A stretch of 63,296 nucleotides of DNA, the filler included, from Choristocarpus tenellus KU-1152 (lineage: Eukaryota > Protista > Phaeophyceae), in NCBI GenBank assembly GCA_964200185.2. It is 9 parts of 9 records of this genome, joined end to end, with 100 filler letters (N's around TTAATTAATTAA, not from the genome) between each part and the next. Parts side by side here need not be neighbours in the genome. Positions count along the whole stretch, not along the records: positions 1 to 9,082 come from CAXNAD020004008.1; positions 9,183 to 22,263 come from CAXNAD020001593.1; 7 more parts are not named here. One strand, given 5' to 3'. Numbering within the stretch: position 1 is the first letter of the stretch; each line of letters begins with the position of its first letter. Below, in pieces: positions 1 through 9,195 of this stretch. The position numbers were made by a program, and so were the translations under genes. The notes beneath the pieces were generated by a model, which did no database searches, was not told where the DNA came from, and saw only the letters and a list, made by a program, of their open reading frames with translations.

Positions 1-381
1 TCTCCCCCACCCGGCCAGATATTTTGGGTCTCACCAGATGACTCTTTCACCTCTCTGCTCAATTGTCTCCATTGAGAAGGTTGTGTCTGCTTTTCCCGAG
101 CATGGCAGAGAGGGCCTTTCAGCTCTCTTGTCATGCATTCCTTTCCTTGACCTCTTCTGCTAACCATATTACGAGGTTCAGCTCGACCTTCACCAGTCTG
201 CGACTTTTATGGGCAACCTACCTTTGTCGATACTCAGATAGTTTGATCAGGCAAACCTTTTTCTCACTCCTTCAAAACCATTTCATTCATTGAAAAGTCG
301 AAAGAAAATGGCGCATAAACAAGTCAAATAGTTTATTCTCCAGTTAACCACAGCGGTTGGTAAAAGACATACTGCATTACT

Positions 382-600
382 CCTCCAACGATAATGGAAT
401 TGGCTGAAGCACTCCACATAATGAGAAACGGGAAGGCTACCGATCCCAACAATCTTCCAGTTGAGCTCCTAATCTTTGGCCAAGAGGAGGATGTGACTAT
501 CCTCCTGCGTATCCATGAAATTGTGCTAGCTATGTAGTACCAGGAAGTCGCGCCACAGGTCTGAAAGATGCAGTCACGACTATGCGCTACAAGAAGAATA
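382..600 (+). mobile_element. Decayed LINE (RTE-like) fragment, N-terminal edge of the reverse transcriptase
   Basis: Translates as PPTIMELAEALHIMRNGKATDPNNLPVELLIFG...IHEIVLAM*YQEVAPQV*KDAV, matching the LINE pre-RT motif GKAPGPDGIPxELLK...W..G.VP..WKDA; contains stops and a frameshift. Confidence 0.75.
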
Positions 601-620
601 ACAAGGCAAAGTAAACAAAT

Positions 621-840
621 GGTACCCATTTTTTACTGTTTTGCGCTATATAACAGTTTTTCATCTGGTGCGATTCACCCATAGTTCTATGGATGAAGTC
701 CTAAGGTTGACTTTGGGACGGTTGATTTCTCTATTGCTTGAAATTTTCCCACACAACTCGAAAAAAATCTTACACGGATTTGTAATAAAAGTCTGATTTT
801 GCACATATAAGCCGGCATCCTTAAAATGGAACTGGGTGTC
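621..840. mobile_element. Dispersed ~220-bp repeat, putative MITE family C (copy 1)
   Basis: Aligns by eye with 23458-23679 (GGTACCCA start; shared acacggatttg and ttaaaatggaac blocks); right end degraded. Confidence 0.5.
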
Positions 841-861
841 TCTCGTTTACTTTGATTCTGA

Positions 862-1039
862 GACCCAAAATACCTGGAAGGGGGGGGGGGTCTACACCGG
901 GGTGTCCATTTGGGCCATAACCAGGAAAAGTGCACTTAGATTATTCGTCCGACGTATGCCACCAAATCACACAAAAATCGCGACGTGGAAAAAATGGCCC
1001 CAAATAGACAGCTGCCACCCCACCCAGATACTTTGAGTC
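862..1039. mobile_element. MITE family A (TIR GGCTCAAAGTATCT + G-tract)
   Basis: gacccaaaatacctggaaggggg...cccacccagatactttgagtc; internal inverted GTCCATTTGGG/CCCAAATAGAC; flanks ctga/ctgt. Confidence 0.85.
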
Positions 1040-1479
1040 CTGTGACCACATTGATTATGAAAACTACAGGGGTGTCTCATTGATGGCACATACTGCAAAG
1101 TTCTACTCAAAGTTGGTGCATGGCGGTTGGGGGATTACCTGAAACGGGAGAATATTCTTCTTCGTGAGAAACAGTGGGACTTCCGGTCCCAACGCTCCAC
1201 AGTGGGCATTATATACTCTGTACGTGCCCTCTAAGAGCTTGACTGGGAAAAGCATGTACCCCTCTTCGTGTGTTTTGGCGATATACAACTTATGACTCTT
1301 GGCCCATAGTATCCTAGTGGGGAGGGTGTTTAGCTGATGCTATCCATTCGAAGCTTGATGGGGTGTTCTGTTCTATAATACCTTACTTTGATGCCCCTTT
1401 TCCAGGAGATTTTCATTCGGATTTGGTCCAGGCAGGGGAATGGAAAATGAAGGTGTGTCCAGATGAAGAAATTATCATT

Positions 1480-1513
1480 GGCTCAAAGTATCTGGGGGGA
1501 GGGGGTGGCGGCT
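1480..1513. mobile_element. MITE family A terminus fused to a CRE-like 3' region
   Basis: ggctcaaagtatctgggggga...ggcggctg runs directly into the retrotransposon 3' sequence. Confidence 0.65.
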
Positions 1514-2750
1514 GGGAAGGACCCCAAGAATCTGACAGTCCCCTCCTTGCCCATCTCCCTGGTGTCTCCAGCTTAAAACGCATTACACGTTTTGAGAGAG
1601 CAGCTTGTGTAGTGACAGACACTACATGTCGAAAGCAGGATTTGCAGGTCCTTTCCTCCTGTAACCTCCCACCCCTCTCCCCCCTACTGCATGTGTAGCC
1701 AACTCATCCAGAAAACGTTCTGCTTACTTACTGGCCCGATCAAACCTTTCCACCGCGAGGACCAAGTTTGATACGTGTTCTCTAAACCTTGTTAAACCTT
1801 CTTCTTGATTTGTTATATGAGAGAGGCATTAAATATGCTGAAATAAGGTATTCCATTATAGTCATAATGTTAGCAACCATTAATGTTGGTCTAGTATGAT
1901 CAAAATCGTATAAACCGTTACTTCTTCAAGTAATAATTTGTCGTTATCTTTCGAGTTTATATACGTGAACTACTGCTGAAAGAACTGCGATGATAACGGG
2001 TAATAACATGAATAGTGAAGATGGTATTATAAATAGTGTTAATTTTAGGAAATGACCCAATTCTGCTTCTTTATCAAATGAATCATACTGAGTAATTGTG
2101 CTATCCATACTAGGCTAGTTAGAACCAATGTTAACAAAAGAACCCTCGTAGTGGGTGCGTTTTCCTCGCCTCAGCTTTGGTCGCACCTACACCATTGCTG
2201 GTGAATGAGTGGGGCAGATGGGAGGCTGCTTGCACTTCCGCAAATGTAACGTCCAGGATGATATTATCCCGGTAGGGAGCTGATCCAGCGTCTGCAAGTG
2301 CCCCAGCATGAAAGACCACATTCATGCTGAAATTCCGGTCCACTATAAAGTACTACCGCCCTCCATACTACAAGGGATGTCCATTCCTTGCAGAGTTGAC
2401 CTAGATGCTTGACCATTGGTGTGTGCTGGCGTGCCTCTCTCCCTACCCTAGGGCAGGTACGAGCTTGTCGGGTGTCAATATTATGCCTTCTGCACCCAGC
2501 ACCTGTTGGATAGGATCTCTTCCCTCCCTAGGGATCTCTTGTTGGCAGTGAGTATAAACTCTATGGTAAGGATCTGGAGTGCTGGAACTAGGGGTTATGT
2601 GGAGGCCCATACCCCTTGTCCACACTGGCTCCGTTGGTGGGCTAGGGCTAGCGAAGAAGTTTCCCTCCCTTCTTCTGCATCGTCTGGTTGGTAGGCTGGG
2701 CAATTGCTTCTGGAAAGAGTCGTTCCTGATCCTCTTCAGGAAGTGGATGT
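1514..2750 (-). mobile_element. CRE-like non-LTR retrotransposon 3' fragment (zinc knuckle + RLE), interrupted at 1761-2133
   Basis: Minus-strand peptides NIDTRQARTCPRVGREARQHTPMVKHLG, MNVVFHAGALADA..IILDVTFAEVQAASHL..GVGATKAEARK and QAALSKRVMRFKL; collinear with the copies at 5890-6850 and 21520-22263. Confidence 0.8.
1761..2133 (-). pseudogene. lptF: Bacterial LptF/LptG (YjgP/YjgQ) LPS-export permease N-terminal fragment, Rickettsiaceae-like, decayed
   Basis: With two frameshifts reads LTLVLTSLVWIAQLLSMIH/FDKEAELGHFLKLTLFIIPSSLFMLLPVIIAVLSAVVHVYKLER*RQIIT*RSNGLYDFDHTRPTLMVANIMTIMEYLISAYLMPLSYNK/EGLTRFREHVSNL; TM pattern and motifs of LptF/G TM1-3; intronless and AT-rich relative to flanks. 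Confidence 0.7.
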
Positions 2751-3988
2751 TTTTATGTTCATTGGACACTTGTATTTTTATTATTATACCCTCTGACATT
2801 TATAAGATGTGTCAGACACTTGTATAATGCAACATACTTGAGTACACCTTCTCTCGAACCATCTATAGTGTGTTCTGATTTGGTATCTTCTATCTAAAAC
2901 ACTATCATATGTAAATACGATCATATGTAGTATGTATAATATTATATTTCGCAAGACATTGTCAATGTTAGCCTATGTTTGATCACATATTTTATTCTTT
3001 GATTAGTTGTCAATTAATACTATATCACACTTTAAATTTTCTACAATAACAGAATACTAAGACAATTTACTCTATATTGTAGATCAAGAGAAATCACCAT
3101 AATACACGACTACTTTTTAGAAGTATGTAAGTATTTTGTTCTGAGTTTGTTTGTTTTGCCAATACATATACTATTTATGAACTACAAGAATGTTTGGGAA
3201 AATACCTTGGGTGTCTGTTCATTTCATTGTATCGGATCATTAAATGTCAATTGATATCGACACGAACAGAATACTATCTATTTCAAATCATGAACAGAAA
3301 TTAGATTGTTTCATTATTGGTTCGAAGTAGTAACTTTTTGGTTTGGTGACGATTCTGAAATTCGGTGTACATCTACCAAGTCAAATGTACAATTACAGAA
3401 GAGTATTTGCTCAATTGTCGTGTCACTTTTGTGCTTTTGTGTGCTGAAAGGGAATATCATTTTTGCGTATATTTAGCGTATCCAATCACCAACCAATCCG
3501 ACCAATTCCACGTATCGTACCCACTCATAAACCAGTGGGAACAGTTTTTGCGTATCGTATCCGCCAACAAACCACTGCGACTAATTTCTAGTATGCCCAT
3601 TATCTGTGTATGTTGTACACTCACAAACCCCTATCCCCAACCTTCGAGCATAATCACTTTCAAATTAAAACAACAAATTTCCACTTTTCCACTCAAAAAC
3701 CAATGCGCCAATTTTCGCGGATCCACTCCCACACCAATCCTCCCAAAACGCTTCACCTCCATCCGTCGCCCTCCACATTCTTTCACAGCAATCCACATAA
3801 TTCATCCAACAACACCCCACAATTATCCACTTCCATACCTTGCTTTCGAACAATAATACACCTACCCCTCGTAAACTTGACTTTCCCTCCCCCCAACATC
3901 CCACTCGATCGTGGGCAATCAAAAGGGTGAGCGGGTGCGAAAGATCGCTCAGAATTTGCCTTGATCCTGCCCCCTTTGTTCTTCTTCC

Positions 3989-4210
3989 GAGTGATAGTAT
4001 CTTAGAGGGTATGAGTTTTGCCCTGTTTGTCCATTTTGGGGCTTGGCTTCCCATGATTTTTTTATGACCTTATCTATGAAAAGGTATGTCCGGAACAAGG
4101 ATATTGACACTTCCTAAACAAACACGACAGCCAGAAACTACATCAAAATCGCAACATTGGATTGTGGCCCCCAAGTGGACGCGGATCTACCCTCTAAGAT
4201 ACCGTGGCTC
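3989..4210. mobile_element. MITE family B (GAG...CTC termini), internally deleted
   Basis: gagtgatagtatcttagagggt...acctctaagataccgtggctc; flanks TCC/TCC. Confidence 0.85.
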
Positions 4211-4959
4211 TCCCCAAACCTCTGTCCTTGACCTTTCTTTCTGTCTACTCATCCCTAGCCTCCCTCTCCCACTGCTACTCACCTCCGACTAACTTCCTGA
4301 TTACGAAGTCTGCTTTCAAGTTATACGATCTATAACCTTTCGTCTACCCTCCCGATTTTTTTCTTCTTCTCTTGTCACAATGTCAGCTGGTTTGCTTATC
4401 TACCACAGCGAATGCTCGCACTTACTCAGATTACTTCATAAACTATCCCTGTAACACTATCCAAAACAATGGTGACGATGGTTGCACTAAGAAATACACT
4501 ACCAACCTTGACCGTGTGCACATCTTCAAATTATATCCTCTCACTTGGACAGGTTTAAGTGGGGGGTGTTCACCATCTGGTTCCTCGTAAAGAGCATGCC
4601 CTCTTGGGCATGTTAATGCCAGCAATCCGTCGACCACAACCCTAGTTCAGTTCAAAACGACGAGTCTTCACGACACCTGTGTCACCAACACGACTTCATC
4701 CCTCAGTAATTGAAGTAACTTTTTAATCGCTAGTGTGCCCACCTGTGTCGCCCTTGCTTAATAACACCTGTAAGGACATGCTTCGATAATTAATTGTTCC
4801 TTCCTCTCACACTTGCTAAAATTTTGAGTGTTTTATTTGAGTACCTAGAAAATCACAGCCCGTACATGGTTCTTACGTCTACTCACTACTGGTGCATTTC
4901 GTGTTCTGAATGATGTTGAATGATATTTCGTTGTACATAATGTTCATTACGATATTGAA

Positions 4960-5150
4960 TTGCTTTTTCCCTGACGCATGTGCAAAATGCCAGAGGGTAT
5001 TAAAATATTATAATGAAAATACCCCCTGACATTTTGCAGATGTGTATGTCAAGGGGGTGTGAACAGAGATCGAATGTATATAACGTTAACTACAACATAC
5101 ATACTATTATACCCTTCTCACATTTTGCACATGTGTAACGGAAAAACCAA
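4960..5150. mobile_element. Cluster of three very short CRE-like 3' tails in both orientations
   Basis: Hairpin motif ccctgacrcatstgcaaaatgycagaggg + AT tail at ~4965-5003 (+), ~5020-5058 (-), ~5105-5150 (-). Confidence 0.65.
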
Positions 5151-5584
5151 GACTATTTAGAAGGACTATTGGTAGATACAACACCTATCGTCAATGGTGA
5201 GACACCTCTGTAAAATATGTAATATTCGAACGCTAACAAAACAGCAATGTCCCTTTAAAAGTGTTTCAATTCCCAGTAATGTGGTATACTGCTATGCTTC
5301 TAACTTACCTTAGGCCTACGAACGTGGGTAAGGAGCTAGGGAAGCATACCAAGAATTTGTCAGCCCCCTTCTCGCCTACCTGCCCGATATCTCTACCTTG
5401 AAACGCATGACGCGTCTCCACATAATCACTTGTGCAGTAATGGATACTATCTATCTACCTCAAACGAAACTTGGCAGCCTAGCTTCAACTACTACTACTG
5501 GGATACAATAAGTATTGATGGTAAGATACCTCCCTAAAATATGACTATATAAAACTAGCAATAAAATTGTCAGGCGTGGAAGTT

Positions 5585-5843
5585 GAGCCAAAGTATCTTA
5601 GAGGGTAGAGCCGCGTCCATTTGGGGGGTCAAAATCCAATTTGGCGATATTGATGTAATTTTGGCTATTGTGTTTGTTAGGAAGTGTAAATATCCATGTT
5701 CTGGACACACCTTTCATATCATATACATTTTGCCTACTCCAAAACATTTCTGAGTAGAAAAATGTCATGAAAAACCCCAAGAGAAGCCAAGCCCCAAATG
5801 GACAAACAGGGCAAAACTCGTACCCTCTAAGATAATTTCACTC
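5585..5843. mobile_element. MITE family B, reverse orientation
   Basis: gagccaaagtatcttagagggtag...gtaccctctaagataatttcactc. Confidence 0.9.
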
Positions 5844-5889
5844 GGTTATTATCTAGAAGCTAAAGTGCACACTTATATTGCTTCCAACC

Positions 5890-7770
5890 TAGCCCCGTAC
5901 GAAGGTGGTCAAGAAGCTAGGGAAGCATCTCAAAAATCTATCAAGCCCCCTTTACCTACCTGACAAAGTGTCTCAGACTTGAAACACATGATGCTTCTTG
6001 AAAGAGTCACTTGTGCTGTGACAGATACTATCTGTCCCAAATGAGACTTGACATCTCCTTTCCAACAATAACCCTGAGCGACCCTCTCCCCCCTACCGCA
6101 TGGGCGACCAACTCATCCAGGGAAATGTTTCTTGCTTACCAAGGCACTCAACTTTCCTCAACAAAGGTTTTAACACTGAAACTACAAGGGACAAAAGATC
6201 CCCTGTAGTGGGTGCGCTTTTGCACCTCAGGTACAGCAACAGCGACGTCATTCCTGGCGGATGAGTGGGTCAGATGACAGGCTGCCTGAACCTCTGCAAA
6301 GCATCCAGAGTAAGGTCTTTGTCCCTGTAAGGAGCTGAGTCAGCCTCCGATAATGTCCCAGCATGGAGCACCACACACTCCATGCGGAAGGTTCTGTCCC
6401 AGTCAACGTGCTGTCGTCCTCCATAGTGCAAGGGAGTCCCATTCCCCTGTAGACTTGTCCTAGACGTTTGACCATAGATGTGTGCTTGAGTATTTGCAGG
6501 TGCGGACATGTCTGGTGTCAACATTGTGCCTTCAGCACCGGACCTCCAGGCACCTGTTTTACAGGACCCCCTCTCTCCCCAGAGACCTGTTGTTGGTGAG
6601 CCTAAACTCTACAGGGAGAATATCGCGTGCTGGCTCTATGGGCTGTGTGTGGTAGTCCATGCATCGACCTGCTGTCCACGCTGGCTCTGGTGGTGGGCTA
6701 GAGCTAATTGTTAACTTTCCTTTCCCTGTTCCTCTGCATCAGCACGAAGGTTGGCCAGTTGCGTCTGGAAGGAACCAATTTAGATCCTGTTTGAAAGGGG
6801 GGTGATTTCGTGTTACACTCTCCTCGGTGTCCTGACATCATGAGCTGCCAAGGGGTGGAACTCTAGGACTAGAACGGAAGTCGTTGTACTTGCCTAATCT
6901 ACTCAGCCTCGACCAAAGTCCCTGCAAAGTCCTCCGAAGGGAATCCTGGTGAGAGATAGGTGTGTATCGATTGTCCTAGAGCCTGGTATGTGGGACTCGC
7001 ACAAATGATATGGGTAGAAGCCTCTCCATAGGGTTATTGTTGCCTGGCTAGTAGGGTAGGGAGAAATCGCACTATTGATCCAACTAAAGCTGCATGGTGG
7101 AGATGTCCCATGGAGGATAGGCTTAGCCCACCTCAACTTGTTGGTATCTGTGCCTGCACTTGGTGGTCTGCTTCAAGGGGAAGAGACGCATTTCAAATCC
7201 CCCATCAAAGAACTCAGTGACCCTAGCTGAGCTTGGTAACTCCATTGTATTCTCCAGATTCCACAAAGAGGTGTCGTCAGCTTGTCCCATGGCGAAGTGT
7301 GCAAGGTGGAAGGGAATGATTTTCATTAAACAACCGAAGAGGGAAGGGAGGGACCATCAGTTGAGGAGCCAGCAACTTGTTTATGGCTCAAAGTATCTGG
7401 GGGGGGTGGTGGCGACTGTCCATTTGGGGTCAATTTTTTCATGTTGCAATTTTTGGGTGATTTGGTAGCGTACATCGGATGGATAATGTAAATGCACTAT
7501 CCTAATTTTGGTCCAAATTGAGACCCTTGTGTAGACCCCCCCCAAAAAAAATATATATATTTGGGTCTTATCCTCCATCTCACTCAGGTGCATAGCCAGT
7601 ATTCATCACGGAGAGCTCTCGATCATCCCACCATGTGGACTTGGTTAAGATTATCTGTCCCCGCAGGAGCTTCCCGTATGACAAAACCATTTCAGTCCAG
7701 AGCCAGGTTGATTTCTGCGGCGGCTAGGAGTTCCAGTCACAAGGGAATAGGCTGGTCGCCCTGAGTTGGT
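5890..7770 (-). mobile_element. CRE-like non-LTR retrotransposon remnant (post-RT region, CCHC knuckle, RLE, 3' end)
   Basis: HLAHFAMGQADDTSLWNLEN (shared with the ~61200 copy), RCLEVRC*RHNVDTRHVRTC knuckle, GLPCTMEDDS, RMECVVLHAGTLSEA..KDLTLD; frameshifted; contains a MITE A at 7385-7567. Confidence 0.8.
7385..7567. mobile_element. MITE family A nested in the CRE-like element
   Basis: ggctcaaagtatctggggggg...atatttgggtc with exact 4-bp TSD TTAT/TTAT. Confidence 0.9.
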
Positions 7771-7806
7771 GCAACGTAGGTCTTGCTCTTTTAATACTAT
7801 ACCCAC

Positions 7807-7932
7807 CTCATACAAGTCCGTTTTCAGATGCTCAAAAGCAGCGATAGCAGTGGACTTTATCTCGATTGTGGAGAAAGATGTATCATTCAGGAAGCTTGCA
7901 GAGAAAATCTGTTGGGGTTCAAGTGTTGAAAC
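7807..7932 (-). CDS. Candidate internal exon of an unidentified, possibly decayed gene
   Basis: attcag|VSTLEPQQIFSASFLNDTSFSTIEIKSTAIAAFEHLKTDLYE|gtgggt: 126 nt, phase 0/0, open; no family recognised. Confidence 0.3.
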
Positions 7933-8851
7933 CTGAATCGAATGAATAGTACTTGTAAGCAAAATGCATAGACTACTAGCGATGAGAAATCATGGTGTTG
8001 CAAAGCACAGATGTGTTTATTCTGTTGTAACTGAGGTCATTGATCTCTCAGTCGAGAATGATGCGATGTGAATTCAGTATTCTTGGTTGCTTAATTCAGA
8101 ATGATGTGGTGTGAATTCATTGTTCTTTAATGAGACACTCAACGAAAGAAGTCTATTCTCTGTTGAGAGGCTTGTTACCTTGCCTGACAAGGGTTTCCGC
8201 AGATGATTTTAACTCTGATAATATTTCATCCAGGTGTATAGCTGGTACACTCATTGTAGAGAGATCTTAGTGCATTGTGAGGGATCAATGTCAGTCATGA
8301 AAGAAATAATAATCAACCATAAATGTATAACTGTCATCTGCTGCTGATAAGAAGAAAGAGTGAAAGAAAAACAAACAAGAGAACAAAATTGAAACAATAT
8401 GTTATTCAACTCAAGTGACGTATACTATTCTATACTAAAGGAACGCAGAGAGACTGTTCTGTACACGGTGTTTTGATGGTAATTGATGCGGTGATGATGG
8501 ACAAGTGACAGTAACGTCCAGAACGTAACAGACCAATTAACAGTGTTGACTCGAGGAACTATATCGTATCAAGGAACAAACAGATGAGCAGCCTATGTAT
8601 TAACACCAAGGGTGGACTGGACTTGCTGGAGAGCTTTGGCTGCGGTCATACAGCAAATTGGATGAAGGGGATATCCTTGTTGTGCCTCCATACTTGACCA
8701 CTCTTCCACACAATATTTTCACACGCCCCTCAGTTAAGCAGAGAAGGAGATAGATCACGGTTACCCCCCTACACCTTGGCTATGTATGGCAGGGAGGACC
8801 CTGATGAAAGTCAAGCAGCACACACTGTTGAAGGTGTTTTCACTGTCTATA

Positions 8852-8995
8852 GACTCAAAGTATCTGGTGTATGTGCGTGGTCTACACCAGGGTGTCGATT
8901 CGGGCTCTGACCAGGAGAAGTGCACTTACATCCGAAGAATACAACCAAATCCACCCAAAAATTGCGACATAGAAAAATGGACCCCTAATGGACAG

Positions 8996-9040
<45 letters not shown>
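8852..9040. mobile_element. MITE family A with expanded poly-C end
   Basis: gactcaaagtatctgg...aatggacagc followed by ~40 C; right TIR incomplete. Confidence 0.8.
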
Positions 9041-9041
<1 letters not shown>

Positions 9042-9082
9042 CAACTACCCAACCACACACAAGCACCCAACTAAGACAAAGG

Positions 9083-9182
9083 NNNNNNNNNNNNNNNNNN
9101 NNNNNNNNNNNNNNNNNNNNNNNNNNTTAATTAATTAANNNNNNNNNNNNNNNNNNNNNNNNNNNNNNNNNNNNNNNNNNNN
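9083..9182. other. Artificial assembly linker; identical linkers at 22264-22363, 25382-25481, 36427-36526, 43213-43312, 48272-48371, 53460-53559, 59748-59847
   Basis: Invariant 44 N + TTAATTAATTAA + 44 N (stops in all six frames), eight times. Confidence 0.98.
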
Positions 9183-9195
9183 GTTACCTTACAGT

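Noticed and set aside
2830-3400. Second bacterial or organellar insert (AT-rich)
   Set aside because: No recognisable protein in the frames I read by eye; a BLASTX would settle it.
9127-9138. Recurrent palindrome TTAATTAATTAA as a biological motif
   Set aside because: Always centred in identical N-padding; an artificial six-frame-stop linker.
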